Assembly: GCA_022710975.1 (NCBI GenBank)
Contig: JAKLGA010000009.1
Span: 181,547-245,546 of the forward strand
DNA length: 64,000 nucleotides
Direction: 5' to 3'
Source: Myxococcota bacterium
GTDB lineage: Bacteria; Myxococcota; B64-G9
Shown here: positions 22,104 to 30,922 of the stretch, piece after piece
Layout of the letters: every line of letters starts with the position of its first letter
Position numbering within the stretch: the stretch's first letter is position 1
Notes under the pieces: generated by a model
What the model saw: the letters and a program-made list of their open reading frames with translations, nothing else
What the model was told of the DNA's origin: nothing
The model's database searches: none
Translations under genes and position numbers: made by a program

Positions 22104-24134
22104 GTGCCGCTGTTCGCGCCGGAGCAGGCCGACCTGGGGCGCTTCAAGACCCGTTTCGTGTGGGTCCTGCTGCTCATGGCGCTGGCCTTCCTGATCCTCG
22201 CCTTCCGCCTCTACAAGGTGCAGCTCGTCGACGGGCCAGGCTACCTGGAGCTCAGCTGGGCCAACTTCGTGTCCATCCGCCGCGAGGTGGCGCTGCGCGG
22301 GATGATCTACGACCGCACCGGCCGCCTGCTGGCCGACAACCGGCCGTCCTTCAACCTGTACTTCACCCCGGCCTTCTGCCGGGCGGAGGCCTTCGAGCCG
22401 ACGATCAAGCGCCTGACCGAGTACCTCGGGCTGAGCGACGAGGAGATCGGCCGCGTGCGGGAGGTGTTCTCCAGCACCCGCCGGCTGGATCGCTTCCTGC
22501 CGCTGTCCGTGCGGCGCGGCATATCCTGGACGGAGCTCGCCATGGTCGAGCAGCACCGCGATCTCCTGGACGGCGTCGAGGTGCGGCCCGAGACCCAGCG
22601 CGGCTACCCGGAGGGCAACCTGGCCGCGCACCTGCTGGGCTACGTGGGCGAGGTCTCGCCGGGCGAGCTCGCGCTGCTCAAGGACCAGGGCTACCTGCAG
22701 GGGGACGTGGTCGGCAAGGCCGGGGTGGAGAAGGCCTTCGAGGAGCCGCTGCGCGGGCGCAACGGCAAGCTGCGGGTGGTCGTGGACGCGCGCGGTCAGC
22801 GGGTGCCCGACGCGCAGGCGAGGGAGATCCTGCACACCCAGCCCGAGGTGGCGCCCGCCGAGCCGGGGCTCAACCTGGTGCTGTCCCTCGACGCCCGCCT
22901 GCAGGCGTTGGCCGAGGCGCGTTTCCCCGGCCTGGAGGGCGCCGTGGTGGCGCTCGACGCCCGCAACGGCTTCGTGCTGGCGCTCATGTCGAAGCCGGCC
23001 TTCGATCCCAACCTGGTGGCAGGCCGGGCCGACGCGCGCGCCTGGAAGGCCCTGGTCGAGGACCTGGATCGGCCGCTGTCCAACCGCGCCACCCAGCAGC
23101 ACTTCCCGCCCGGCTCCACCTTCAAGCCCTTCACCGGGCTGGCCGCCCTGGGGGCCGAGGACTTCACCCCCGCCACGCGCGAGCTGTGCACGGGCGGCAT
23201 GCGTTTCGGCGATCACGTCTTCCGCTGCTTCCGGGCCAGCGGCCACGGGAAGATCGAGCTGCACCGGGCGGTGGTGCAGTCCTGCGACGTGTACTTCTAC
23301 CGGGCCGGGATCCGGGCCGGCATGGATCGCCTGGCCCAGATGGCCTGGAGCTTCGGTTTCGGCTCCCTGACCGGGCTGGACGCGTGCCAGGAGGTGCCCG
23401 GCATCATGCCCGACCGCGCCTGGTACGAGAAGAACACCCGCACGGGCTTCTTGCCGGGCTTCGTGGTGTCCGACTCGATCGGCCAGGGCGACGTCAACGT
23501 GACTCCGCTGCAGCTCGCGCTCGCCTACGCCGCCCTCGGCAACGGGGGCTCGCTCTGGCGGCCCCAGGTGGTGCTGCGCAGCGAGCGGCCCGACGGCAGC
23601 CTGGCGCGGGCCTACCAGCCCGAGCTGCGGCGCAAGGTCCTGGCGCCGCCCGAGCACCTCGCGCTGATGGCCGCGGCGCTGACCGGCGTGGTCAACGAGC
23701 CCGGCGGGACGGCCTACTGGCGCCGCCCGCAGAAGGTGGACTTCAAGGTGGCCGGCAAGACCGGCACCGCCCAGGTGGTCAAGCAGGGCGCCGATCGGGG
23801 CCGCTCTCTGCCCTACGAGTTCAAGGACCACGCCTGGTTCGTGGCCTGGGCCCCGGCCGAGGATCCGCGGATCGCCGTCGCCGTGCTGGTCGAGCACGGA
23901 GGCTTCGGCGGCAGCGCCGCGGCGCCGCTGGTGATGGAGCTCATCACCTACTACCTGGAGCACCTGGGCCAGGTGCCCGAGGCCGGGAGCCCGCTCCAGG
24001 CGCAGCTCCCGGAGCCGGGCCCCGCGCCCAGCCAGGAGGTCCTGCCGGACGAGGAGGTGCCCGTGGACGTGCTGCCCGGCGCCCTGCCGCCCGAGGAGGC
24101 GGCCGCCGGCCGGCCCGAAGGGCCCAGCCCGTGA
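22104..24134 (+). CDS. mrdA: Penicillin-binding protein 2 (elongasome transpeptidase)
   Basis: GAGGAGG RBS before the GTG. N-terminal TM helix and dimerisation domain. Transpeptidase motifs STFKP, SxD (VSDSIGQGD) and KTGTAQV. Confidence 0.9.
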   Translation: MPLFAPEQADLGRFKTRFVWVLLLMALAFLILAFRLYKVQLVDGPGYLELSWANFVSIRREVALRGMIYDRTGRLLADNRPSFNLYFTPAFCRAEAFEPTIKRLTEYLGLSDEEIGRVREVFSSTRRLDRFLPLSVRRGISWTELAMVEQHRDLLDGVEVRPETQRGYPEGNLAAHLLGYVGEVSPGELALLKDQGYLQGDVVGKAGVEKAFEEPLRGRNGKLRVVVDARGQRVPDAQAREILHTQPEVAPAEPGLNLVLSLDARLQALAEARFPGLEGAVVALDARNGFVLALMSKPAFDPNLVAGRADARAWKALVEDLDRPLSNRATQQHFPPGSTFKPFTGLAALGAEDFTPATRELCTGGMRFGDHVFRCFRASGHGKIELHRAVVQSCDVYFYRAGIRAGMDRLAQMAWSFGFGSLTGLDACQEVPGIMPDRAWYEKNTRTGFLPGFVVSDSIGQGDVNVTPLQLALAYAALGNGGSLWRPQVVLRSERPDGSLARAYQPELRRKVLAPPEHLALMAAALTGVVNEPGGTAYWRRPQKVDFKVAGKTGTAQVVKQGADRGRSLPYEFKDHAWFVAWAPAEDPRIAVAVLVEHGGFGGSAAAPLVMELITYYLEHLGQVPEAGSPLQAQLPEPGPAPSQEVLPDEEVPVDVLPGALPPEEAAAGRPEGPSP

Positions 24135-25417
24135 ACCAGCTCGCCTCCCCGACCCGGTCCCCCTTCCAGTGGTGGCTGCTGGGCACGGTGCTCCTGCTGG
24201 CCGGGCTGGGGCTGCTCAACCTGTCCTCGGCCGCGCGCGACCTGGAGCGCAACCTGGCCATCGTGCAGGCGATCTACCTCGGCGTCGGCACCCTGCTGGC
24301 GCTCGTGCTGGCGGCCTTCGACTACCGCTGGTTCGAGAAGCTGGCCTACCCGCTGTTCGTGCTCACGCTGGTGATGCTGCTGTCCGTGCTGGTCTTCGGC
24401 CGGGTGGTGTCCGGCGCCCGGCGCTGGTTCCACCTGGGCTTCTTCAACTTCCAGCCCTCGGAGCTCGCCAAGATCGCGCTGATCCTGGCGCTGGCCAAGT
24501 ACTTCAGCGACGAGAGCGAGGTGCCCGAGCGGGGCTACAGCCTGTGGCAGCTGGTGAAGCCGGCCACGCCGCTCTACCCCCTGGGCGCCCTGGGCGCCCT
24601 GGTGCTCTACTGGGAGAAGGAGCCCCTGGCGGCCCTGGGGGGCCTGCGCATCGCCCTCATCGGCATCTGCCTGGCCTGGGCCGCGCTGTCGGTGCTGTGG
24701 GCCTTCCGCAGGGGGCACACGACCTGGCACGACCTGCTGAGCCCCGTCATCCTGATCATCCTGCCGGCCCTGCTGGTCATGCGCCAGCCCGACCTCGGCA
24801 CGGCGCTGTCGCTGTTCGCCATCGGCGGCACCATGATTCTGTTCATGAAGGTCCGCCCGCGCTCCTTCCTCATCGCCGTGGCGGGCCTGACCGCCGCGTC
24901 CATCGCCTCCTGGTACCTGGTGCTCAAGCCCTACCAGAAGGACCGCATCCTGTCGTTCCTCTCGCCCGGCAGCGACAACATGGGCACCGGCTACCACGCC
25001 CTGCAGTCGCTCATCGCGGTCGGCTCGGGCCAGGCCTGGGGCAAGGGTTACGGCCAGTCTACCCAGACGGCCTTCCACTTCCTGCCGGAGCAGCACACCG
25101 ACTTCGTCTTCTCGGTGTGGGCCGAGGAGCGCGGTTTCGTCGGCTGCCTGGTGGTGGTGGCGCTGTTCCTGGCGCTGCTGGTGCAGGTGATCAACCTGGC
25201 ATCCAGCGCCCGGGACCGGTTCGGCGCGCTGGTGGGCGTGGGCATGGCCGGGCTGATCTTCTGGCAGGCCTTCATCAACATCGGCATGGTGATCGGGGCC
25301 CTGCCGGTGGTGGGCATCACCCTGCCGCTGTGGTCCTACGGTGGCTCCTCGGTGCTGGCCGTCATGCTGGGCGTGGGCCTGCTGCTCAGCATCTCCATGC
25401 GCCGCAGCGCGAGGTGA
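24131..25417 (+). CDS. rodA: SEDS-family peptidoglycan polymerase RodA
   Basis: GTG overlaps the mrdA stop (GTGA). Ten TM segments with SEDS motifs (FQPSELAKIALIL, GQSTQTAFHFLPEQHTDFVFS). Confidence 0.9.
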   Translation: MNQLASPTRSPFQWWLLGTVLLLAGLGLLNLSSAARDLERNLAIVQAIYLGVGTLLALVLAAFDYRWFEKLAYPLFVLTLVMLLSVLVFGRVVSGARRWFHLGFFNFQPSELAKIALILALAKYFSDESEVPERGYSLWQLVKPATPLYPLGALGALVLYWEKEPLAALGGLRIALIGICLAWAALSVLWAFRRGHTTWHDLLSPVILIILPALLVMRQPDLGTALSLFAIGGTMILFMKVRPRSFLIAVAGLTAASIASWYLVLKPYQKDRILSFLSPGSDNMGTGYHALQSLIAVGSGQAWGKGYGQSTQTAFHFLPEQHTDFVFSVWAEERGFVGCLVVVALFLALLVQVINLASSARDRFGALVGVGMAGLIFWQAFINIGMVIGALPVVGITLPLWSYGGSSVLAVMLGVGLLLSISMRRSAR

Positions 25418-25426
25418 CCGGAGCCC

Positions 25427-25744
25427 TCACAGGGCGCGCTGGACGAACTTCTCCAGCGCCTGCGGGGAGGGCGCGCCGCTGTACTGGTCGAGCACCTTGC
25501 CGCCCTTGATCAGGATCAGGGTGGGCAGCGAGAAGACGTGGAAGCGCAGCGCCGTGTTCGGGCTCTGGTTCACGTTCACCTTGGCCACGCGCAGGCGGCC
25601 CTGGTGGCTCGCGGCCAGGCGCTCGAGCATGGGCTCCATGGCCTTGCACGGGCCGCAGTTCGGGCCCCAGAAGTCCACCAGGGTGGGCAGGTCGGAGCCG
25701 AGCACCTCGGACTCGAAGTTGTGGTCGCCGCACTCGATCAGCAT
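25427..25744 (-). CDS. trxA: Thioredoxin
   Basis: WGPNCGPCK active site; 105 aa. AGGGAGG RBS 7 nt before the second in-frame ATG, which I chose over the upstream ATG at 25765. Confidence 0.85.
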   Translation of the reverse strand: MLIECGDHNFESEVLGSDLPTLVDFWGPNCGPCKAMEPMLERLAASHQGRLRVAKVNVNQSPNTALRFHVFSLPTLILIKGGKVLDQYSGAPSPQALEKFVQRAL

Positions 25745-25871
25745 GCCGACGTCCTCCCTTGCCATGCGCTCGGCGGGAGGATAGGGCATCGCGGGGGCGG
25801 GATCAACCGGAATGGTTCCTTGACAGATCCGGGCCGGTGATGCACGGTTAATAAAGGCAGGTTGGGGGGTT

Positions 25872-26621
25872 ATGGCGTTTCTCGGGCGGTGCGGCATGGC
25901 CCGGCAGTTGTTCATCTCCCAGGATACCCTGGTGGCCTGGCAGGACCAGGACAAGGTGGCCTTCGACGGCCACGTGATGACGATCAAGGCCGACGGGCGG
26001 CGCTTCAACCTGCTCGAGGCCGTGCGCTTCATCCGCCTGGAGGGCGAGGGGCAGGACACGGCTGGCATGGTCGGCAAGGTCAAGACCGACGAGCAGATCG
26101 TGGCCGCGGGCGGGGAGCGGTACCGCGACTCGGTCATCCTGGGCGAGGCGGCCTACAAGGTCCAGGAGGGCTTCATCGGCGAGGTCTTCGTCCGCAGCGG
26201 GGCGCTGGACACCGGGCAGACCCCGATCGCCCCGATGACCACGCTCAGCGGCATGGCGGCCGTGCCAGCCGCGCCGGCGCCGCCAGCGGCCCCCGAACCG
26301 CCCGTGGACACCGGCTCGGCCCTGGAGGAGACCGTGCGCCAGGCGGCCGTGCGCCGGGCCGCGGCAGCCACGGCGCAGGCCTCCGACCAGCCTGGCAGGG
26401 CCGCGGTGCTGCGCATCCCCGTGCAGCGCCGGGACCTCTCCGCGGCCCGCACCCAGCCCTCCCTGCCCGTGGTGGCGGTGGACGGCCCGGCCGCGCCCGC
26501 GAGGGCGCCCGCGACGCCAGCGGCCACGGCCGCGGAGCCTGGCGCGAAGCCCACCGCGGGCAAGCCCGACGCGTCCTCGGACGAGGATCTGCTCACCAAG
26601 TTCCTGCTCGAGAACCTGTGA
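25872..26621 (+). CDS. Hypothetical protein: a roughly 110-aa N-terminal globular domain followed by a long Ala/Pro-rich disordered tail ending LLTKFLLENL
   Basis: GC3-biased codon usage over the first roughly 120 codons. Preceded by the only TTGACA hexamer in the region and an AT-rich TAATAAAGG stretch. No recognisable domain. An alternative start exists at 25896. Confidence 0.5.
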   Translation: MAFLGRCGMARQLFISQDTLVAWQDQDKVAFDGHVMTIKADGRRFNLLEAVRFIRLEGEGQDTAGMVGKVKTDEQIVAAGGERYRDSVILGEAAYKVQEGFIGEVFVRSGALDTGQTPIAPMTTLSGMAAVPAAPAPPAAPEPPVDTGSALEETVRQAAVRRAAAATAQASDQPGRAAVLRIPVQRRDLSAARTQPSLPVVAVDGPAAPARAPATPAATAAEPGAKPTAGKPDASSDEDLLTKFLLENL

Positions 26622-26622
26622 T

Positions 26623-27828
26623 TCAGTTGGAAGGATCCAGCTTGGACAGGTCCCCCGCGGGGACCGCGGGCGGCGGCGTGGCCGCGGGCGGGCCTGGCGG
26701 CGGAGAGGACCGCGGGCGCCGCCGTCCCCACAGGCCGGTCACCTTGGTCCCGTAGTGCCGCAGATCCATGCGCAGCAGCACGAAGATGGCGAGCACCAGC
26801 CCGAGGAAGACGCCCCAGACCAGGAACATGTTGTAGCCCATGGCCGCGTACACGTCGCCCGTGCCCACCCGCAGCGGCGCGCCGGCCTTGGCCAGGCCGT
26901 AGGTCTTGGCGATCTTCTCCACGAACACCAGGTGGATGACCGGCACACCGTTGCGGGACATGCGGGTGATGACGGAGTCCCGGATGCGCTCCGAGGTCGG
27001 CAGCTCCTTGTTCACGCCCGGCAGGAACATCTTCTTGATCATGGACGAGCCCACCGAGCCCGCCCCGCCGCCGACGTTCACGTAGGCCGCGATGGGCTGG
27101 CCGCCGGCCTCCTCGCGGTAGATGTTCATGCGCAGATCGAAGGACGAGCTCAGGTCGGGCGGGTCGATCAGCTCGACCCCGTTGCGCTTGATGGCCTCGC
27201 GCAGCATGCGCACGCCCTCGGCCGGCAGGCCCACCCCGCGGTCCTGCTCGCCGCCCAGGGAGGCGGCCACCGTGCGGTTGTGGATCACGCCGTTCTCGAA
27301 CAGCAGCCGCTCCATGTCGAGCCAGGTCAGCTCCGGATCGTTGGCGCCCCAGTTGGAGCCCGAGGTGGAGGTGATGATCACCGGCCGGAGTTTCAGCGTC
27401 TCGGCCGCCACCAGGGCGGCCAGGTTGAGCGAGGGGAAGGAGCCGCTGAAGGCCATCGCCACCACGTCGCCTTCCTTGAGCTTGGCGCGCTTGTACATCT
27501 GCACCAGGACCGCGGCGAAGTTGGGGTTGGCGGCGGTCTGCTTGGCGGCCAGGATGCCGGTGTTGGAGGTGATCGGGGTGAGGCCGGTGCCGATCATCCC
27601 GGTGGCCAGGGGGTCGTGCTCGGTGTCGATGCGGCCGAAGATGGAGATGCGCGCCCGCTTGATCACCTCGATGCCGCGGGCCATCAGCTTGGCCGCCTGC
27701 ACCTTCTCCTTGTAGTAGGGCTTGCGCGTCTTCTGCGGCAGGCCCTCCACCAGCATGTAGCCGATGATGGACAGCAGCGCCACGAGGGCCAGGACCGGAC
27801 GCGAGGCCTTGCCAGGCCGCCACATCAT
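26623..27828 (-). CDS. Putative poly-gamma-glutamate system membrane protein, of the third-component family found in place of PgsA/CapA. Two TM anchors flank a periplasmic domain.
   Basis: Start ATG overlaps the pgsC stop as ATGA; an alternative ATG lies 6 nt upstream. N-terminal TM (VLALVALLSIIGYMLV) and C-terminal TM (MFLVWGVFLGLVLAIFVLL). No similarity to B. subtilis PgsA. Identity as a TIGR04332-like protein is inferred from memory plus gene context. Confidence 0.5.
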   Translation of the reverse strand: MMWRPGKASRPVLALVALLSIIGYMLVEGLPQKTRKPYYKEKVQAAKLMARGIEVIKRARISIFGRIDTEHDPLATGMIGTGLTPITSNTGILAAKQTAANPNFAAVLVQMYKRAKLKEGDVVAMAFSGSFPSLNLAALVAAETLKLRPVIITSTSGSNWGANDPELTWLDMERLLFENGVIHNRTVAASLGGEQDRGVGLPAEGVRMLREAIKRNGVELIDPPDLSSSFDLRMNIYREEAGGQPIAAYVNVGGGAGSVGSSMIKKMFLPGVNKELPTSERIRDSVITRMSRNGVPVIHLVFVEKIAKTYGLAKAGAPLRVGTGDVYAAMGYNMFLVWGVFLGLVLAIFVLLRMDLRHYGTKVTGLWGRRRPRSSPPPGPPAATPPPAVPAGDLSKLDPSN

Positions 27829-28289
27829 AGCCATTCGTACATCTCCCCGCCGTAGATCATGATGAGCAGCAGCTTGACCAGCACGCCCGAGGTCAGCAGG
27901 GTGGCGGAGGTCTCCACCACGCCCTGGCGGTCGAGCCACATCGCCACCAGGCCCGGGATGATGTAGCCGATGGCGTGGAGCTGGTAGGTCTGCCCGCCGA
28001 GGTCGATCTGCATGAAACCGCGGAACAGCATACCCAGCATGAAGCCCACCAGGATGATCACCACCGTGCGACGCCGGCCGAAGAGGATCATGAACGTGCT
28101 CATGACCCGCACGATCAGGTAGGCCACCACCCCGAGCACGAGCGTCATCAGCACGGCCACCGGGTTGGTCAGGTTGAGCGCGATGTAGCCTGGCACCACC
28201 ATGCCGCCCGCGGCCAGCCCGAGGGTCTCCGAGAAGACCAGGCTGACCACCAGGCCGATGCCGATGGCGTTGGGGATGAGGTCTTCCAA
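27825..28289 (-). CDS. pgsC: Poly-gamma-glutamate synthesis protein PgsC/CapC
   Basis: TTG start preceded by an AAGGAG RBS 9 nt upstream. Aligns along its length with B. subtilis PgsC (DLIPNAIGIGLVVSLVF...GGMVVPGYIALNL...FMILFGRRR...GYIIPGLVAMW). Confidence 0.75.
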   Translation of the reverse strand: MEDLIPNAIGIGLVVSLVFSETLGLAAGGMVVPGYIALNLTNPVAVLMTLVLGVVAYLIVRVMSTFMILFGRRRTVVIILVGFMLGMLFRGFMQIDLGGQTYQLHAIGYIIPGLVAMWLDRQGVVETSATLLTSGVLVKLLLIMIYGGEMYEWL

Positions 28290-28305
28290 GGGGTTCTGCT
28301 CCTTG

Positions 28306-29505
28306 TCAGGCTGCCTGCTCGGGCGTGGCCGCCCGATTCTCGAAGTACTCGATGATCTCGTTGCCGCCCGCACCGATGTTGCCCATGCCGAACACCAGAC
28401 CGCGCTTGCCGATCTGCGCGATGGCGCGCTCGAACACCCGCGCCGGGTCGGCCCGCTCCATGTCGATCAGCCGCTCCGGGTCCAGGCCGGCCTTGAGCGC
28501 CGCCTCGAGCGCCAGGCGGGTGCCGGTGCCGGTGAACAGCGAGCAGTCGACCCCCTGCATGCGGTGAATCATCTCGCCGAGCTGCAGGGAGCGGTGGGGC
28601 CTGTCGGCGCGGCAGTTGAGCATGACCACCCGGCGCAGCTCGCCCGGGAAGAGCTTCAGGATGCGGCCCTGCCAGATGGCGAGCGTGGAGTCCGGATCGT
28701 TGGCCGCCAGGGCGTTGATGAAGCTGATGTCCTTGGCGTAGAAGGCCAGGCGGATGATGCGCAGCACGCCGATGTCCGGCGCGCAGCGCCACATGCCCTC
28801 CAGGGCCACCCGCGGATCGATGCCGAACTGCTTGCAGGTGCACAGGGCCACCGCCACGTTGTCCGGGTGCTCGACGTAGGAGAAGCCGCGCAGCATCTCC
28901 TCGGTGACCCCCTCGGACTCCGGGGTGGCGACGTGCAGGCGCGAACCCTCCCGCTCGCACACCTGGCGCATGATGCCGGTCAGCTCCGGATCGGTCTCGC
29001 CGGTGACCAGGTCGGCCTTGCGCGGCACCGTGCCGCACAGCGCCAGCGTCAGGTGCCGGACGGTCGGCCCCATCACGTCCAGGTGGTCCGCCCGGGCGTT
29101 GGTGATCACCCCCACCCGGGAGCGCAGCATGGTGTGCTCGCACAGGTGCTGGTAGCGCGGGTTCAGCGCCATGCACTCGGCCACCAGGGCCTGGGCCTCC
29201 CGGCGGGCGGTGACCGCCAGGGCGCGCACCTGCTCGATGATGTTGGCGCGCCCCTGGCGTTGGATGCTGTACTCGCTGCCGTCCTCGAGGATCATGCGCG
29301 GCCGGGAGCCGGTCGTCTTGGCGCAGGTGCGGATGCCACCCGCGCGCATGCCCGCGGCGATCAGCCGGGTGACCGAGGACTTGCCCCGGGTGCCGTTGAC
29401 GTGCACCCGGATGGGCACCCTGGCCTGCGAGCGCCGGAGCCCGAGGTACTCCCAGCTGAAGGCGAGCACCAGCAGCCCGAGGATGACCACCAGCACGATG
29501 AGCAC
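28306..29505 (-). CDS. pgsB: Poly-gamma-glutamate synthase PgsB/CapB (Mur-ligase-like amide ligase)
   Basis: N-terminal TM helix then RVHVNGTRGKSSVTRL (P-loop), AECMALNP, VITNARADHLDVMGP, FINALAANDPDST and MLNCRADR. These are close matches to conserved blocks of B. subtilis PgsB. Confidence 0.85.
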   Translation of the reverse strand: MLIVLVVILGLLVLAFSWEYLGLRRSQARVPIRVHVNGTRGKSSVTRLIAAGMRAGGIRTCAKTTGSRPRMILEDGSEYSIQRQGRANIIEQVRALAVTARREAQALVAECMALNPRYQHLCEHTMLRSRVGVITNARADHLDVMGPTVRHLTLALCGTVPRKADLVTGETDPELTGIMRQVCEREGSRLHVATPESEGVTEEMLRGFSYVEHPDNVAVALCTCKQFGIDPRVALEGMWRCAPDIGVLRIIRLAFYAKDISFINALAANDPDSTLAIWQGRILKLFPGELRRVVMLNCRADRPHRSLQLGEMIHRMQGVDCSLFTGTGTRLALEAALKAGLDPERLIDMERADPARVFERAIAQIGKRGLVFGMGNIGAGGNEIIEYFENRAATPEQAA

Positions 29506-29536
29506 GTCGGCCTCCAGGCAAGCGCGGAGAATGGGG

Positions 29537-29977
29537 CTAGGCGAAGGCCAGCAAGCCCTCGCCGGTCTGGACCCGCTTGCCCACCGCGGTCAGGATGCTC
29601 TCGATCCGGCCCGCGCGGCTGGCGCGGATCTCGTTCTCCATCTTCATCGCCTCGAGCAACAGCAGCACCTCGCCCGGCTTCACCTCCTGGCCGACCTTCA
29701 CCAGGATGCGGGTGACCACGCCGGGCATCACCGCGGTGAGCACGTTCGAGCCCGCCGCCGCCGGGGCGGACGCGGGCGCCGCCGCCGGCCGGGGCGCGGG
29801 GGCCTGTGGCCGCGGCCCGGACGGAGCGGCCTGCGGCTGGACCGCCGGCGACTCCCGCCGGATGGCCACCTCGAGCCGCTCGCCGTCCACGTCCACCACG
29901 GCGGCCTCGGCGCCCAGGCTCTCGACGCGCACCCGGAAGGTCTTACCCCGCACGGTCAACTCGAGCTCGTTCGCCAT
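29537..29977 (-). CDS. Biotin/lipoyl-attachment domain protein (BCCP-like, with biotinylation motif EAMKM)
   Basis: GGAGGAG RBS before the ATG. C-terminal MPGVVTRILVKVGQEVKPGEVLLLLEAMKMENEIRASRAGRI is a typical biotinyl domain. A Pro/Ala linker precedes it. The gene is 31 nt upstream of pgsB, with no carboxylase or transcarboxylase partner in the window. Confidence 0.7.
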   Translation of the reverse strand: MANELELTVRGKTFRVRVESLGAEAAVVDVDGERLEVAIRRESPAVQPQAAPSGPRPQAPAPRPAAAPASAPAAAGSNVLTAVMPGVVTRILVKVGQEVKPGEVLLLLEAMKMENEIRASRAGRIESILTAVGKRVQTGEGLLAFA

Positions 29978-30054
29978 GCCTTCTCGCTCCTCCGTCCGCG
30001 ACCCAGGGCCGGATGGTACCTGTTTGGGGGCGGAAATCAACACCTGCCGAGGGC

Positions 30055-30897
30055 TCAGGGCCGCTCGCCGCCAGGCTTCTGCTTGGCCTTCTTGAGCATC
30101 TCGTCGAGGGGCAGCCTGGTGACGCCGTCCGCGGGCGGCTCGGGGGGCGGCGCGGGCTCCGCGGGCTCCACGCCCGGGTCGTCCCCGCCGAACAGCCAGG
30201 CCCGCAGGGCGCGGTCTCCCACGCGCAGCGCCAGCGGGTCCCGGAGCCCAACCAGCCCGGGCAGGGCCTGCAGCAGGGGCTGCTCGCCCGCGGCCTGGAG
30301 GACCTTCGCCACCGCCGCGTGACTCGCCAGGTACAGGGCCGGGTCGGGGATGTTCCCCTGGGCGCGCCAGCGCAGCTCGATGGCCTGCAGGCTGGCCTCG
30401 TCCGGGGGCGGGGCCGCGCGCACGCGCTCGCCGCCGAAGTGCTCGGCCAGCCCTTCGTTGAGCCAGGTGGGGCAGTGGCCCCGGGACACCTGGAACACCA
30501 GGTAGTGGGTCAGCTCGTGGGCCAGCATGCCCGGCAGCAGGCGCTGCTTCCACATGCGGCGCACGATCTTGGTGGCCTGGGTGACGATGCCGTGGCGCGA
30601 GGAGTACACCGCGCCGGTCGACAGCGTGCGCCCGGTGCGCTCGTGGAAGGCGCGCGGATCGTCCGCGATCAGGATCTGCACCATCTCCTGGCCATCGAGC
30701 GCGAGCCCGAAGCGCGGCGCCAGGTCGGCCAGCTTCTGGCAGGCGATCTCGGCCAGCTTGGGCCCGACCTCGCCGTGCGGATCGACGGGATCCTCGAGCA
30801 GCACCGCCACCTCGGGGCAGGCGCTCAGGCGGAAGGGCTCGGCCCCGACCGCGCCGGAGGCGAGCAGGACGGCCAGGGCGAGGCCGACGCGCTGCAT
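30055..30897 (-). CDS. Secreted zinc metallopeptidase, Peptidase_MA_2-like (HExxH ... NEGLAE)
   Basis: Signal peptide MQRVGLALAVLLASGAVGA. HELTH motif followed 18 aa later by NEGLAEHF, the gluzincin third-ligand arrangement. The gene starts 25 nt after the MVP stop. Confidence 0.6.
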   Translation of the reverse strand: MQRVGLALAVLLASGAVGAEPFRLSACPEVAVLLEDPVDPHGEVGPKLAEIACQKLADLAPRFGLALDGQEMVQILIADDPRAFHERTGRTLSTGAVYSSRHGIVTQATKIVRRMWKQRLLPGMLAHELTHYLVFQVSRGHCPTWLNEGLAEHFGGERVRAAPPPDEASLQAIELRWRAQGNIPDPALYLASHAAVAKVLQAAGEQPLLQALPGLVGLRDPLALRVGDRALRAWLFGGDDPGVEPAEPAPPPEPPADGVTRLPLDEMLKKAKQKPGGERP

Positions 30898-30922
30898 GGC
30901 GGGTGCGGGCACGGGCGCCGGC

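Noticed and set aside
26623-27828. Idea that the third gene of the pgs cluster is PgsA/CapA
   Set aside because: No alignment to B. subtilis PgsA. The topology, with a TM helix at both ends, differs. It is called an alternative PGA-system protein instead.
28169-29715. 450-aa minus-strand and 504-aa plus-strand ORFs overlapping pgsB
   Set aside because: Arg/Gly/Pro/His-rich shadows. pgsB is supported by block-wise identity to PgsB.
29978-30553. N-terminal roughly 190 codons of the 338-aa ORF that contains the BCCP-like gene
   Set aside because: Pro/Arg/Gly-rich junk with no RBS. The biotinyl-domain protein starts at the internal ATG, which has a GGAGGAG RBS.
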